Shown piece by piece: positions 31,641 through 41,690 of a DNA stretch of 54,721 nt (positions are counted from its first letter, which is position 1; the number at the start of each line of letters is the position of its first letter). Under the pieces are notes generated by a model. That model ran no database searches. It was not told the DNA's origin and saw nothing but the letters and a program-made list of their open reading frames with translations. Location of the stretch: contig MRSU01008374.1 of the NCBI GenBank assembly GCA_008369845.1, positions 1 through 54,721 on the forward strand, given 5' to 3'. The DNA comes from Trichomonas gallinae (Eukaryota). The position numbers and the translations under genes were made by a program.

Positions 31641-34600
31641 ATGCGCTCTTTCAAAGATTTCATAGCGCGCGCAAGAGAAAAACGAAAATCGGAGTATAAG
31701 AGGTTATCCAGCTATACACAGGACCAGCTGATGCAGGTAACAAGCGATATGATTGAAAATAACATTCCGAATTCCATTATTACCGATAACAATACCTGTG
31801 TCTTACGCGCCGAGCTTGTTTATACGCTAATAAAAGTCAGGAGCGACAAAGGAACTCAATTATTGACGATTTTAAATTTTCTTTCACCTATCAACGAAGT
31901 AAAAATAGACATATTTATATCATTTGTATATACAAAGGTCCTAAAACAGCTGCCGAGACAGTATTTGCAACAAAGACTTACAACAGTTTTGCAAACGATT
32001 AATAATAGCGAAAACAGTTTGATTTCTGCGACTTATTTCATCAAATTTCTAGCTATGCATGATCCCAGCGCAATTTTACTTTGTAATGCGCAGTTTTTAG
32101 AGATTGCCAAGAAGAGTTTATTTGCAAAATCGGATCAGATTCAGCTGGCAGTATACAAATCACTTAAACTATATCTAGACTTCGTATCCAATCTTCAGAC
32201 GTTCCAAACACAGACATCAGCGTCAAAATTATTTACAAAAGCACTTAAAAAGTTCACAGACTTGAAATTGGTTGGTGGATCTTTACTCACATTCATTATA
32301 TTACTAGAAACGGTGCCTACACTCATTTCAATGACACCAGCAGCGCTTGCTGAGAGAGTTTTTAATATTTATCCAAGATTACCAACGAATTTGAGGGGAA
32401 GAGCATTATATTTATTAGTTTTACTGCATATATCAGACAAATATGCCCTTTCGGAACAAAAATTAACAACGATTAAAGAATCAATTTTAGATATCGCTCA
32501 ACAAACGCCATGTCACTTTAGTTCACTCGCATTACTAAAATATATCGAGCATAATCCAAGTTTCTTGAGTCAAATCGATTTACCTTTGTTAATGAAAACA
32601 ACTTTAAGTTCTCCAGATCTTTTCACGGTTAAAAATGGATTTTTCATACTACAGTTCATCGCTAATAGCCCAAGCAACCTAATTCTACCGAATGCAAAGA
32701 CCATTGCACAAATTTTTGTTACAATCGAATTTTCAGAATATTATGAAACCGTTGTTCCTTATATTTTGAATAAGTATAACTATCTATACGAGATATTCTT
32801 ACCGTTGATCAAGAACATTGTTAGAACAAGTCCAGATATATTTTCAAAAGTGTATTTTTTGAAATTTCTCGCAAAAATTCCTCCGCTTGATGAACCAATT
32901 GTTCCAAAAACTTTGTTTTCATTAGTAAACTCATCAGATAGCTCGCTACGTGAAAATGTCGCTGATGCATTGATGGCGCAATCGATTTTCGATTCATCGG
33001 ATTTTGATTTCCTTCCAATTAAAATCGTTTTCACACTTGCTCTGACTGATCCATCAGCAGCTGTCCGTGCAAGAGTTCTCAAGTCATTCCCAGAGAGTTG
33101 CATTAAGTACTTAACAACAGATGAAATACTTTCCAACTTGTCAAGCATCGTAAAAGATGAAGTCGTCGAAGTGAGAATTGCAGCGATCCAACTTTTAGGG
33201 AAAATCGCTAAATTCAATCCATTTGGAGCTTTCCCGATATTGAGGCGTGTTTTCCTAGACTTCCTCTGCATCCTTGATTCACCAAAATCATTCATTGTCA
33301 AATTAGAAGTCACATCATCCGTTCAAGCAATTTTGGAAGCGGGTTTTGACATTTTCCCGACATATTCACAAACATTTTGCGACATAGTTTTGAGGCAGCT
33401 GTCTTTCCAGGTGACATCCAAATACACATACTTCGAGCAGAAAGCTCACTCAATGACAACAATAAATCTCACGAAAGCAATCGGATACATAGCTGAAAGG
33501 AATTTTAATCTGATTAAAACATATGTTATCCAATTCCACAATTTATTTTTGTGGATGCTTCAACAACGAAGCGACAAAGAACTTAAGCTGGCTGTCGTCA
33601 CGACAATGTATTCTATATTAACGCAATTGGATAACTTTTATGATATCGAAATTTCTCACGCTTTTCCTCTCTTGATAAGCATCGCGTCAACATGGAACAG
33701 CAGGAAACTGAATGTCGCCGTTTTGAAGCTGATGGGATACATCGGGGCCATAGATATTGCGCCTATGGGCATCGATGAAGTTCCAAATATAACAGATGAC
33801 GTTTTAATTCCGGATGAATCAAATGAATTTTTGCTTTGTTTCACTTCAAAACTATTGATTGATTTAGTGAAAAACAGTTCATTGGCAATTCACCATCATC
33901 TGGCTCTCCAAGCCTTGGCAAACATATTCGCAACAGACTCGGACAAAGGCAACGAATATTTTATCGAATTCATTCATATTTTGCTGGAAATTCTCGGAAA
34001 AGGTGTCAATTACGAATCTCTTTTGCTACTCAAGAACGTCTGCAAGAACACTCCAGTTGCTAGACTGACAAATGTTGCGACAGATATAATAGATTACGTA
34101 CAGAAATTATGGTCATCGCCTCCTCAGTCAGATCGTTTATTATCAATTATTATAGATTTAATTCCAATCTTAGCGATAAGACTTTCAGACAAATTTGCTC
34201 ATTTGATTCCACAAGTCACTTCATTTTTGTTAACTTGCATATATTCGCACTCATCGAACGACATCGTTATCATTGAAATGGCGACGAATGCATTGATGGC
34301 TTTGAGAAAATTCTCGCAAGATTATTTCTTCTTGATTGTCCCTGAAATTATATCATTAGCCAATTCAACGACATCAGACAGTGTCTGCATACAAATGCTC
34401 AAAGCTTTGAGAGTCTTCGTGCAAAATTGCGACACAACAAACTTCGTTTCATCTATTTTAAGATGCAGCATAAAATCGCTGCAATCGGAAAACAATGAAG
34501 TCGTCAATGCAGCTTTACAAGTTATATATAGTATTGTCGTTGTTTTAGGTGCTGATCACTTTTCTTTCTATCAAAGTCAAGTGAGGAACAACTTAATAGC

Positions 34601-37600
34601 GAGGAAAATCGATACAACAAATTTCGATTTGCTTTTGAAATGCGAAAAATCTTTCTCTGATTTTAATTTCATTATCACAACAGATCCATCGACATCGCTA
34701 CAAATCGGCCCAACGAAATCTGTCGTTCAGACAATGAATATCGACGAGATTGTTGAAGTTTACAATTTCAGCGGACCTGAGACGCCATGGAACAGGAAAG
34801 AGTGGTGGCATGATATCGTGACAATAACAATTCATAATAGTCCAAGCCATTATATCAGATGCTGCTCATTTTTGACAGCGAATTTATTCGACTTGGCAGA
34901 ACCGATTTTCAACCCAGCGTTTCTAGTTTTATGGAAGGAAATGACGAACGAACAGCAATCAAAGATATGCGGATGTCTAACAGTTGCTTGTCTGAGTGAT
35001 GCGCTTCCTAATTCGATCAAGACAACATTAGTCAGAATGTTCGAGTTCATGGAACAGTGCGAACATACTTTAGAAATAGAAAAATCTGTTCTTCTTAAAG
35101 CATGCGAAGAATCATCACAATACGCGAAAGCACTGTACTTCGCACATAGATGGTACTACAGAAACTCAAGCGATCTCAAAGGAATCGAGAATTTAATCAG
35201 ACTCAGTTCACATCTTGGTTTATCGAAAACAGTCAAAGGCTTATCATGCAGTGTGATGAACATGACGATGCAAGCGAGATGGTGTGAGCAGCTAGGACAA
35301 TGGGAGAAGGCTGAGAAGCTATATTTAGAGAACAAAGACCCGAAACAAGAACCAGAGTCGTACAGAGGACTTTTAAGATGCTTGTTGAATCAAAAATGTT
35401 GGGATGAAATAATTTTGCATATGAAAGACATTTCTAAATACGATGAAGAGTCAAAGAACGAGATATTACCAATATACGCAATAGCTTTATTCCAGCGCCA
35501 GAAGTGGGACAAGCTTGGCTTAGTTTTACAGACTTGTCCAATGTCGTCTGTTTTCTTATATATCATTAAATCTCTTTATTACGTATCTGTCAAAAATTAC
35601 ACTGAAGCTTTGCAGACAATCAATGATGGATTTGATGCATTAGCTTCTCTATCGAGATCTGTTTTCAAACACGATAAAGCTGAGCTGTATCCAATACTTG
35701 TCAAAGCGCAGCAGTTGCATGAAGTCAGAGAAATAATCATGCACACGGAAAACCTTGTCGATGTCTGGGAGAAGAGAATCAAACTATGCAGACAAGACTT
35801 CGATACGTATCATGACATATTAAGTGTGAGACTCACGCACATGAATGTCAACAAGATGATTCCGAGCACAATAAAAATGCTGAAAATCGCTCTCAAGAGA
35901 GATGAAATCGCACTTTTTGACAGCACATTCAACACATTATTCCATGACGAAACAAAGAGAACAATAGAAGTGAAGTTTTTGTATATCAAGGGTATGTGGG
36001 CGAGGGGCAGAAGAATAGAAGCTGTCATGCAATTAAACAATTTACTCCTCGAAGCATCGAATTACGACAAAGAACATGAACCTAACAAACCGTTGAATGC
36101 AAGACTTTACTATTACTGCGCTCATTGGATTCTACAGCTACACAATACGCCTCAGTTCAGGAACTGTTTCAAGCAGGCAGTTGTCGCGCTCGAGAGATCT
36201 CTGAGCTACGAGAGCACTTATTATAACTCATGGCATAGATGGAGCTGGGCGAATTCAGTAATGTTCAGGCATCAGCCAAAAGTGACTGATCATGCATCAA
36301 ACGCTATTGCTGGATTCTGCAGATGCGTTCAATTAAGACAAACCAAGTCTTTTTCGGATTTGATTCAGATGATTTCTCTGTTTTTCAGGGCTGATTTCAA
36401 TTCAGAACAGTTCACTAAACTCAGCGAAAACATCGAGAAATTCAACGACGAAACATTCCTGCAAATCGTTCCACAGTTATTCGCACAATTCACAAGCAAG
36501 AAACTATTCGTTATAAAGTTTGTTTCTCAAGTCGTCTCCAAACTTTTACCGACACATTTCCACGCATTGTTGTTCCCTCTTTTATTGCTTGCGAGAACAT
36601 TAAGAAACGTCAGAGAAGAAACAGATGATACAGATTCAGAAGTTGGCACAGAAGAAGACTATTTCGAAGAGATCTTCATGAACCCCAAGAAGCAAGAACA
36701 GTTGGACAAAGTAGAACAGTATGTAAACAATTGCACAAACAGGGCTGTTAAAAACATTCTGCAGAAGTTTTTCATGATGAATCCTGATGCTGTTTCACAG
36801 AGCTTGATCATATCTGAAGGATTATTATTGTGCAGCACATCAACAGCTGAAAGCTGGTTCGAATCAATCAGCACGGCATTGAGAGCGCTTTACAAGAGCA
36901 ATGGACAAGCAGCCTTTCGTGCGCTCACTGATGCTATTACATTGCCAACGAGAAAAGATGACAGCGAGGACGAGCATTCCATCAAGAAAAGAATGGGAGA
37001 CATTTTTGTCAAATTAAGCATGAGGGAAAAATCAACGAACATCATTGAAGAACTTGCCGATTTATGGAAACAAATCAAGAAATATTTGAACGGAATAACT
37101 CAAGTGAAAGCATATGTAACAGCTCCTGATTTAGCTATGCTTAGAGACACAGTTATCGCAGTTCCAGGAACATATCAGCCAGGAGTTCCTCCGACATTAA
37201 TTCAACAATTTGACAGCACACTCGACATCATCCACTCGAAGCAAAGACCGAGAAATGTTGTGATATACGACCAGAATGGTTGCCAGCACATGAGCATCCT
37301 TAAAGGAAACGAAGATTTAAGGCTCGATCAGAGAATCATGCAATTCTTTGAGCTAATCAATCAGCACATTAATCATGATTTTCTCGACAAAAGCAGATCG
37401 TTGAGAATCTATAGATACACAATCACTCCTATATCAAAGAAAGCAGGCCTTATACAATGCATTGATGGTGCAGAGACATTGTTTAACATCATCTCGTCAT
37501 ACAGATCGATGCATAAAATTGATCCCGCATCAGAGAACTTAATATTTAAAGAGTTTACGAAGAGTGGCATTGACTTTCTCACGCCAATACAGAGACTCGA

Positions 37601-38309
37601 AGTCTTAGAAGAGGCAGCATCAAGGACATCATACACAGACTTGAGGGAGTCTATATGGCTGAAGAGCATCAGCAGCAGAGAGTGGGTTACAAGAATAATT
37701 AACTTCTCGCAATCAACTGCTTTGATGTCTGTCATCGGCTACATTATTGGCCTCGGCGATCGCCATCCTTCGAACTTGATGCTACACAATTCCAGTGGCG
37801 CATTGATACATGTTGACTTCGGCGAGTGCTTCGAGATTTCACGGATAAGAATCAGATTCCCTGAAACAATTCCATTCAGGTTGACGCGAATGATTGTCGC
37901 TGGATTCGGGCCGAGTGGAATAGAAGGAGATTTCAGGCTGACTGCCGAAGACACACTGATGCTCGTCCAGAACCACTCGGATTCAATCATGGCAGTGCTC
38001 GACATCTTCTTGCAGGAGCCACTAGAATCAGATGAAATCGTTGACTCTTCGAATAACAAACTCGTCAAAAACATTGATGGTGCGTTTTCTTCAATAGAAG
38101 ACTCATGGTCACTCGACCAAACTCTCGACGAGTCTTCACTAGAAATCAAAGATGCAATGGCAACAATACAGGCAAAGATTGTAGGATCAGCTGATGCTCA
38201 AGATTCAGGAAGAGGAACTAATGCTGAGTACATCGATGAACTCATCAAACAAGCAACGGACATGTATAACTTGTCGCATTTATACCATGGATGGACACCA
38301 TTGTGGTAG
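31641..38309 (+). CDS. TOR: PIKK-family atypical kinase, TOR-like
   Basis: HEAT repeats (DE..EVR..AI.LLG....NP...P.LRR), FAT (YAKALYF, WCEQLGQW), SKQRPR, LKGNEDLRLDQRIMQFF, YIIGLGDRHPSN, HVDFGECFE, PETIPFRLTRM, FATC end LYHGWTPLW. First ATG is 31641. Confidence 0.93.
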   Translation: MRSFKDFIARAREKRKSEYKRLSSYTQDQLMQVTSDMIENNIPNSIITDNNTCVLRAELVYTLIKVRSDKGTQLLTILNFLSPINEVKIDIFISFVYTKVLKQLPRQYLQQRLTTVLQTINNSENSLISATYFIKFLAMHDPSAILLCNAQFLEIAKKSLFAKSDQIQLAVYKSLKLYLDFVSNLQTFQTQTSASKLFTKALKKFTDLKLVGGSLLTFIILLETVPTLISMTPAALAERVFNIYPRLPTNLRGRALYLLVLLHISDKYALSEQKLTTIKESILDIAQQTPCHFSSLALLKYIEHNPSFLSQIDLPLLMKTTLSSPDLFTVKNGFFILQFIANSPSNLILPNAKTIAQIFVTIEFSEYYETVVPYILNKYNYLYEIFLPLIKNIVRTSPDIFSKVYFLKFLAKIPPLDEPIVPKTLFSLVNSSDSSLRENVADALMAQSIFDSSDFDFLPIKIVFTLALTDPSAAVRARVLKSFPESCIKYLTTDEILSNLSSIVKDEVVEVRIAAIQLLGKIAKFNPFGAFPILRRVFLDFLCILDSPKSFIVKLEVTSSVQAILEAGFDIFPTYSQTFCDIVLRQLSFQVTSKYTYFEQKAHSMTTINLTKAIGYIAERNFNLIKTYVIQFHNLFLWMLQQRSDKELKLAVVTTMYSILTQLDNFYDIEISHAFPLLISIASTWNSRKLNVAVLKLMGYIGAIDIAPMGIDEVPNITDDVLIPDESNEFLLCFTSKLLIDLVKNSSLAIHHHLALQALANIFATDSDKGNEYFIEFIHILLEILGKGVNYESLLLLKNVCKNTPVARLTNVATDIIDYVQKLWSSPPQSDRLLSIIIDLIPILAIRLSDKFAHLIPQVTSFLLTCIYSHSSNDIVIIEMATNALMALRKFSQDYFFLIVPEIISLANSTTSDSVCIQMLKALRVFVQNCDTTNFVSSILRCSIKSLQSENNEVVNAALQVIYSIVVVLGADHFSFYQSQVRNNLIARKIDTTNFDLLLKCEKSFSDFNFIITTDPSTSLQIGPTKSVVQTMNIDEIVEVYNFSGPETPWNRKEWWHDIVTITIHNSPSHYIRCCSFLTANLFDLAEPIFNPAFLVLWKEMTNEQQSKICGCLTVACLSDALPNSIKTTLVRMFEFMEQCEHTLEIEKSVLLKACEESSQYAKALYFAHRWYYRNSSDLKGIENLIRLSSHLGLSKTVKGLSCSVMNMTMQARWCEQLGQWEKAEKLYLENKDPKQEPESYRGLLRCLLNQKCWDEIILHMKDISKYDEESKNEILPIYAIALFQRQKWDKLGLVLQTCPMSSVFLYIIKSLYYVSVKNYTEALQTINDGFDALASLSRSVFKHDKAELYPILVKAQQLHEVREIIMHTENLVDVWEKRIKLCRQDFDTYHDILSVRLTHMNVNKMIPSTIKMLKIALKRDEIALFDSTFNTLFHDETKRTIEVKFLYIKGMWARGRRIEAVMQLNNLLLEASNYDKEHEPNKPLNARLYYYCAHWILQLHNTPQFRNCFKQAVVALERSLSYESTYYNSWHRWSWANSVMFRHQPKVTDHASNAIAGFCRCVQLRQTKSFSDLIQMISLFFRADFNSEQFTKLSENIEKFNDETFLQIVPQLFAQFTSKKLFVIKFVSQVVSKLLPTHFHALLFPLLLLARTLRNVREETDDTDSEVGTEEDYFEEIFMNPKKQEQLDKVEQYVNNCTNRAVKNILQKFFMMNPDAVSQSLIISEGLLLCSTSTAESWFESISTALRALYKSNGQAAFRALTDAITLPTRKDDSEDEHSIKKRMGDIFVKLSMREKSTNIIEELADLWKQIKKYLNGITQVKAYVTAPDLAMLRDTVIAVPGTYQPGVPPTLIQQFDSTLDIIHSKQRPRNVVIYDQNGCQHMSILKGNEDLRLDQRIMQFFELINQHINHDFLDKSRSLRIYRYTITPISKKAGLIQCIDGAETLFNIISSYRSMHKIDPASENLIFKEFTKSGIDFLTPIQRLEVLEEAASRTSYTDLRESIWLKSISSREWVTRIINFSQSTALMSVIGYIIGLGDRHPSNLMLHNSSGALIHVDFGECFEISRIRIRFPETIPFRLTRMIVAGFGPSGIEGDFRLTAEDTLMLVQNHSDSIMAVLDIFLQEPLESDEIVDSSNNKLVKNIDGAFSSIEDSWSLDQTLDESSLEIKDAMATIQAKIVGSADAQDSGRGTNAEYIDELIKQATDMYNLSHLYHGWTPLW

Positions 38310-38829
38310 ATTTTATATTTTTTTATTTACTTTTGTTTGTTATAAATATATTATATTATATCGGATATAGTTTATAATCATTAGAGACATATGGCTCCTT
38401 TATTTTGGAAATTTCATTTTTTCAAGAGACAATATTAGATCTCTGCATACTTACTTTTTTACACAACAAAAAACCAATGAAATTAAGAAAAAAAAATATT
38501 TTTGTTTTTTATATAATTGTAGAATAGTTATGCTAGCACATAATTATTGTTAAATTATGTTAAGCTTATATATTTTAAGAATTTGATTCGTTTTTGCTAA
38601 AATATTAACTTCAAAACAAATTTAATAATGAAATATTTTTTATTTCTTTTGTACTATACCAAAACTACGCAAGCATATGTACTTTTAATGGCATTTTATC
38701 CTAATATAAGAGATTTGACTCGATATTATTTTATTCAACAAATAAACATTGGAGTAATAACTAAAAACAGCCATTGAGTATTAACAGTAATATTAATTGC
38801 AAATCATTGTTGTAATATTTTTCTTGTAA

Positions 38830-39066
38830 TTAATCTGAATCGGAATACTCATCAATTGGTAGTGGTTCTAAGTCGGATAACTTCCTTTTGCGACGACTAG
38901 TCCAATAAATTACGCATTCGACGAGATTGCAAATAACCCATAATAAAATTAAGCCGAGAAATATCGAAAAGAATATTAATAGCCAGCCTATTGGTTGCAA
39001 ATTCCAAATGCTCTTCTGTGGAGGCTTCAGGACTGGTTCTGGCGGAAAAGTAAAGTCTTTATCCAT
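38830..39066 (-). CDS. Single-pass membrane microprotein (78 aa)
   Basis: ATG in AAAAAATG context. One long hydrophobic segment (IGWLLIFFSIFLGLILLWVICNLV), basic stop-transfer RRKRK and an acidic tail. Confidence 0.65.
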   Translation of the reverse strand: MDKDFTFPPEPVLKPPQKSIWNLQPIGWLLIFFSIFLGLILLWVICNLVECVIYWTSRRKRKLSDLEPLPIDEYSDSD

Positions 39067-39264
39067 TTTTTTGTTTTTTTACAACAAAAAACCTCGATAA
39101 AACACAGTTTTTTTAGTAAAAAATCAAATCTAATCAGCGAAAATCTTCCAAATTAAAACCATAGATACAGTAAGACTATAAGTAACAAATACATGAAAAT
39201 CTCAAAAAGATATAGTAGATTCATAGAGTTTGATTGAGAATATGTTCATTGATATTAATATTGG

Positions 39265-39414
39265 ATATTATACGAGAAAATCTAATCAAAAAGATCTAAT
39301 TTCTCTAATTCTATTAGGGTGTATAGTATACTATCATGTTTATCTACTAGACTAGTCCAGATCTAATCATACACTTTACTAGTCGTCGAAGATTTACCTG
39401 GTGAATTTCAGACA
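39265..39414 (-). repeat. Dispersed repeat copy B (inverted relative to 24253-24402)
   Basis: Reverse complement matches 24253-24402 without gaps (122/150). Weaker similarity extends to about 39525. Confidence 0.9.
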
Positions 39415-39851
39415 GAAAGCAAGTGTCCATATCTTTATCAAGAGTCAATTTGATTAGTATAGATCAAGTGACTGATATATATCTTATATTGTCCGCATTT
39501 TTTCTGAAAATATTTCTAATAATGGAAAGAAGTTAAAAGATTATGAGAACAACTCTAAATATTGCTAGATAAGTTATATATTCAGTGAGCTCATTCAATA
39601 TAGAACGTGAATATCAATATAAAAGTGAAAAATTATTTTCTTCAATTATTTTTGAACATTTGAGTTCTAGAAAATCCATGACACGGTAGCTTTGCCAAAA
39701 TATTTAATATATTTGAGTCATTATTAAAGCTATTATAATTCTATATATTTGATTTGAAAAAAAAAGTAAATCAATGTACTTAGTTAATATATCAAATAAA
39801 TTTATATTAATCTCTATATAATTCAAGTGTTGGATGGCTGATTATATATAA

Positions 39852-41054
39852 TTATATTTCAGTATCTGTCGTAAATTTGGCTGCTTTCTTCTTAAATTTC
39901 ATATTCTTCATTGTTGGTTTAATTTTCAGCTTGGGAGGTTCTTCTTCTTCTTTCTTTGGTAAAGTTGCTTTCTTTGGAACTAATTTTTCGATTTTGCTTC
40001 CAATATTTACAGTTTCTTGTGCTATACTATTATAAATTTCGATGGATTCATTTCTCTTTTCGTTCAAAAATTGCTCGATTTCACTCTTGGATTCATCGAT
40101 TTGTTCAATATATGATTTGGAAGCAATAAACGTATCAATTTTTTCTTTATACATGTTATACGACTTAGGGTTTGGCATTGGAATTCTTGATAATATTGAA
40201 TAATTATTAAATAATTCAGAATCTCGACTTGGCTTTGTTAAACGGATAGATTCGTCACTAGGTCCTGACTTGAATCCACTGGTAAGACTGAATGAGAACA
40301 TTTTCATTCCTGAAAAATTGAAATTTCTTGATTTCTTCGGTATGATATATTTTGACTGAATAATATATTCATAATTTCCATTGTTAATTGTAAATATATA
40401 CATTGTGTTATCACCAGAAGCCTTGATTGGTATTAATTTGCTAATTGATTGACTTGAAAGGTCCAAAATCGCATAGCAACGAGTTGTTCTCGATTCACCG
40501 ATGCAAACAACCTCATCGTTCGATGTTTTGATCATCTCAGTCGGCGTAAATTCATCAACAAAAAACGGATTATTTAAATAAGTAACGACATTTTGTCTTC
40601 CAAATGCAATGTTTCCACCCTCTAGGACTTCAAATGCGGAAACATCCTCTTCAATGCGAATTACTTGTTGAGTTTCGTCTTTTGTAAAAATTTTGATTTG
40701 ATAAAGATCTCTTGCGAGAACATAAATGTTTTGGTCTTGCACTTTAAGCGAAGTGATATCGAATTTTAGTGTTGTTTGCTTTTTAACTTGATTTTTATCT
40801 CGGAATAATGAAATTGAGCTCAAATCTTTTCCAGATGCTATAATTACAAGCACATCACTGATATTGTCGTATAATTTCAGCGTTGAAATTGGTTTGTCAT
40901 ATATTTGGATCGAATTATTTATTTTATTTTCATCAGTATCATTGATTTTTGACAGAAAAACGCCTGATTTAGTGGCATACACCAAAATATCCATGGACTC
41001 GAGAGTATCGAAACATAATATATTATTTTTAATCAAGAAACTCTCAAGACTCAT
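39852..41054 (-). CDS. Hypothetical protein, beta-propeller-like N-terminus plus C-terminal coiled coil and basic tail
   Basis: 400-aa ORF with a beta-strand-like pattern in the first ~250 aa, an E/K-rich helix and a lysine-rich end. Confidence 0.7.
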   Translation of the reverse strand: MSLESFLIKNNILCFDTLESMDILVYATKSGVFLSKINDTDENKINNSIQIYDKPISTLKLYDNISDVLVIIASGKDLSSISLFRDKNQVKKQTTLKFDITSLKVQDQNIYVLARDLYQIKIFTKDETQQVIRIEEDVSAFEVLEGGNIAFGRQNVVTYLNNPFFVDEFTPTEMIKTSNDEVVCIGESRTTRCYAILDLSSQSISKLIPIKASGDNTMYIFTINNGNYEYIIQSKYIIPKKSRNFNFSGMKMFSFSLTSGFKSGPSDESIRLTKPSRDSELFNNYSILSRIPMPNPKSYNMYKEKIDTFIASKSYIEQIDESKSEIEQFLNEKRNESIEIYNSIAQETVNIGSKIEKLVPKKATLPKKEEEEPPKLKIKPTMKNMKFKKKAAKFTTDTEI

Positions 41055-41059
41055 TTCTA

Positions 41060-41334
41060 AAAAGTGACATCAACAAAAGTGACAAAACATTGAATTCTAG
41101 AAAGGTGACTCAATAAAAGTGACAATAATAAATGTAACAAAAAATTGACTTTTAGCAATAACAAAAAGCGACATCAACAAAAGTGAATATTAAAACATGA
41201 CAGAATCAAAAGTAACACAATTAATATATGTGTCGTTTAGAAAAGTGACAAAAATTTACTTTAAAAAGTGACTCAATCAAACGTGTCAGTGCTGAAAAGT
41301 GACTAATATAAAATGTGACGCAATGAAAAGTGAC
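41060..41334 (+). repeat. Array of AAAGTGAC (M2-like) motifs filling a divergent promoter
   Basis: Seven perfect copies (41061, 41076, 41116, 41242, 41265, 41296, 41327) and at least five one-mismatch copies (41102, 41165, 41180, 41209, 41312), all on the + strand. Confidence 0.9.
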
Positions 41335-41342
41335 ATTAAATA

Positions 41343-41690
41343 ATGTTTAAGCAAATTGCTGATGAACATAAAGAAAAACAAAAAGAGAAAAAGCAGCAAA
41401 TGAAAGAGTTGGAAACAAGGATTGCAGAAAAATCACTTCCAGCTTTCGATGATGCTGTTTTTGAAAAAATGACAAAGGGATCTGAACAAATATTAACAAA
41501 TCAGAAAGAAATCGATCGTAAATGCAAACATGCTCGTGATGAATGGGAAAAGTTTAATAATGATCTCGGAAAATGGGCAGTTATGATTAATGATATTGAT
41601 AGAGCAATAAAAGATATCGGGGATATCAGAGCATGGTCACTAAATATCCAAGCCCAGGTTCAACAAGCGGTTGACAGACTTGAAAAGTAA
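41343..41690 (+). CDS. BLOC1S1: BLOC-1/BORC subunit 1 (BLOS1/GCN5L1)
   Basis: NQKEID...F...GKWAVMINDIDRAIKDIGDIRAWSLNI matches BLOC1S1 NQRKLD...F..Q.GQW..MVENFNQALKEIGDVENWARSI. Size 115 aa fits. Confidence 0.85.
   Translation: MFKQIADEHKEKQKEKKQQMKELETRIAEKSLPAFDDAVFEKMTKGSEQILTNQKEIDRKCKHARDEWEKFNNDLGKWAVMINDIDRAIKDIGDIRAWSLNIQAQVQQAVDRLEK

Noticed and set aside
41060..41334. AAAGTGAC array as a CRISPR-like repeat-spacer locus
   Set aside because: Repeats are only 8-9 bp, spacing is irregular, there are no cas genes, the context is eukaryotic, and the unit matches a promoter motif.
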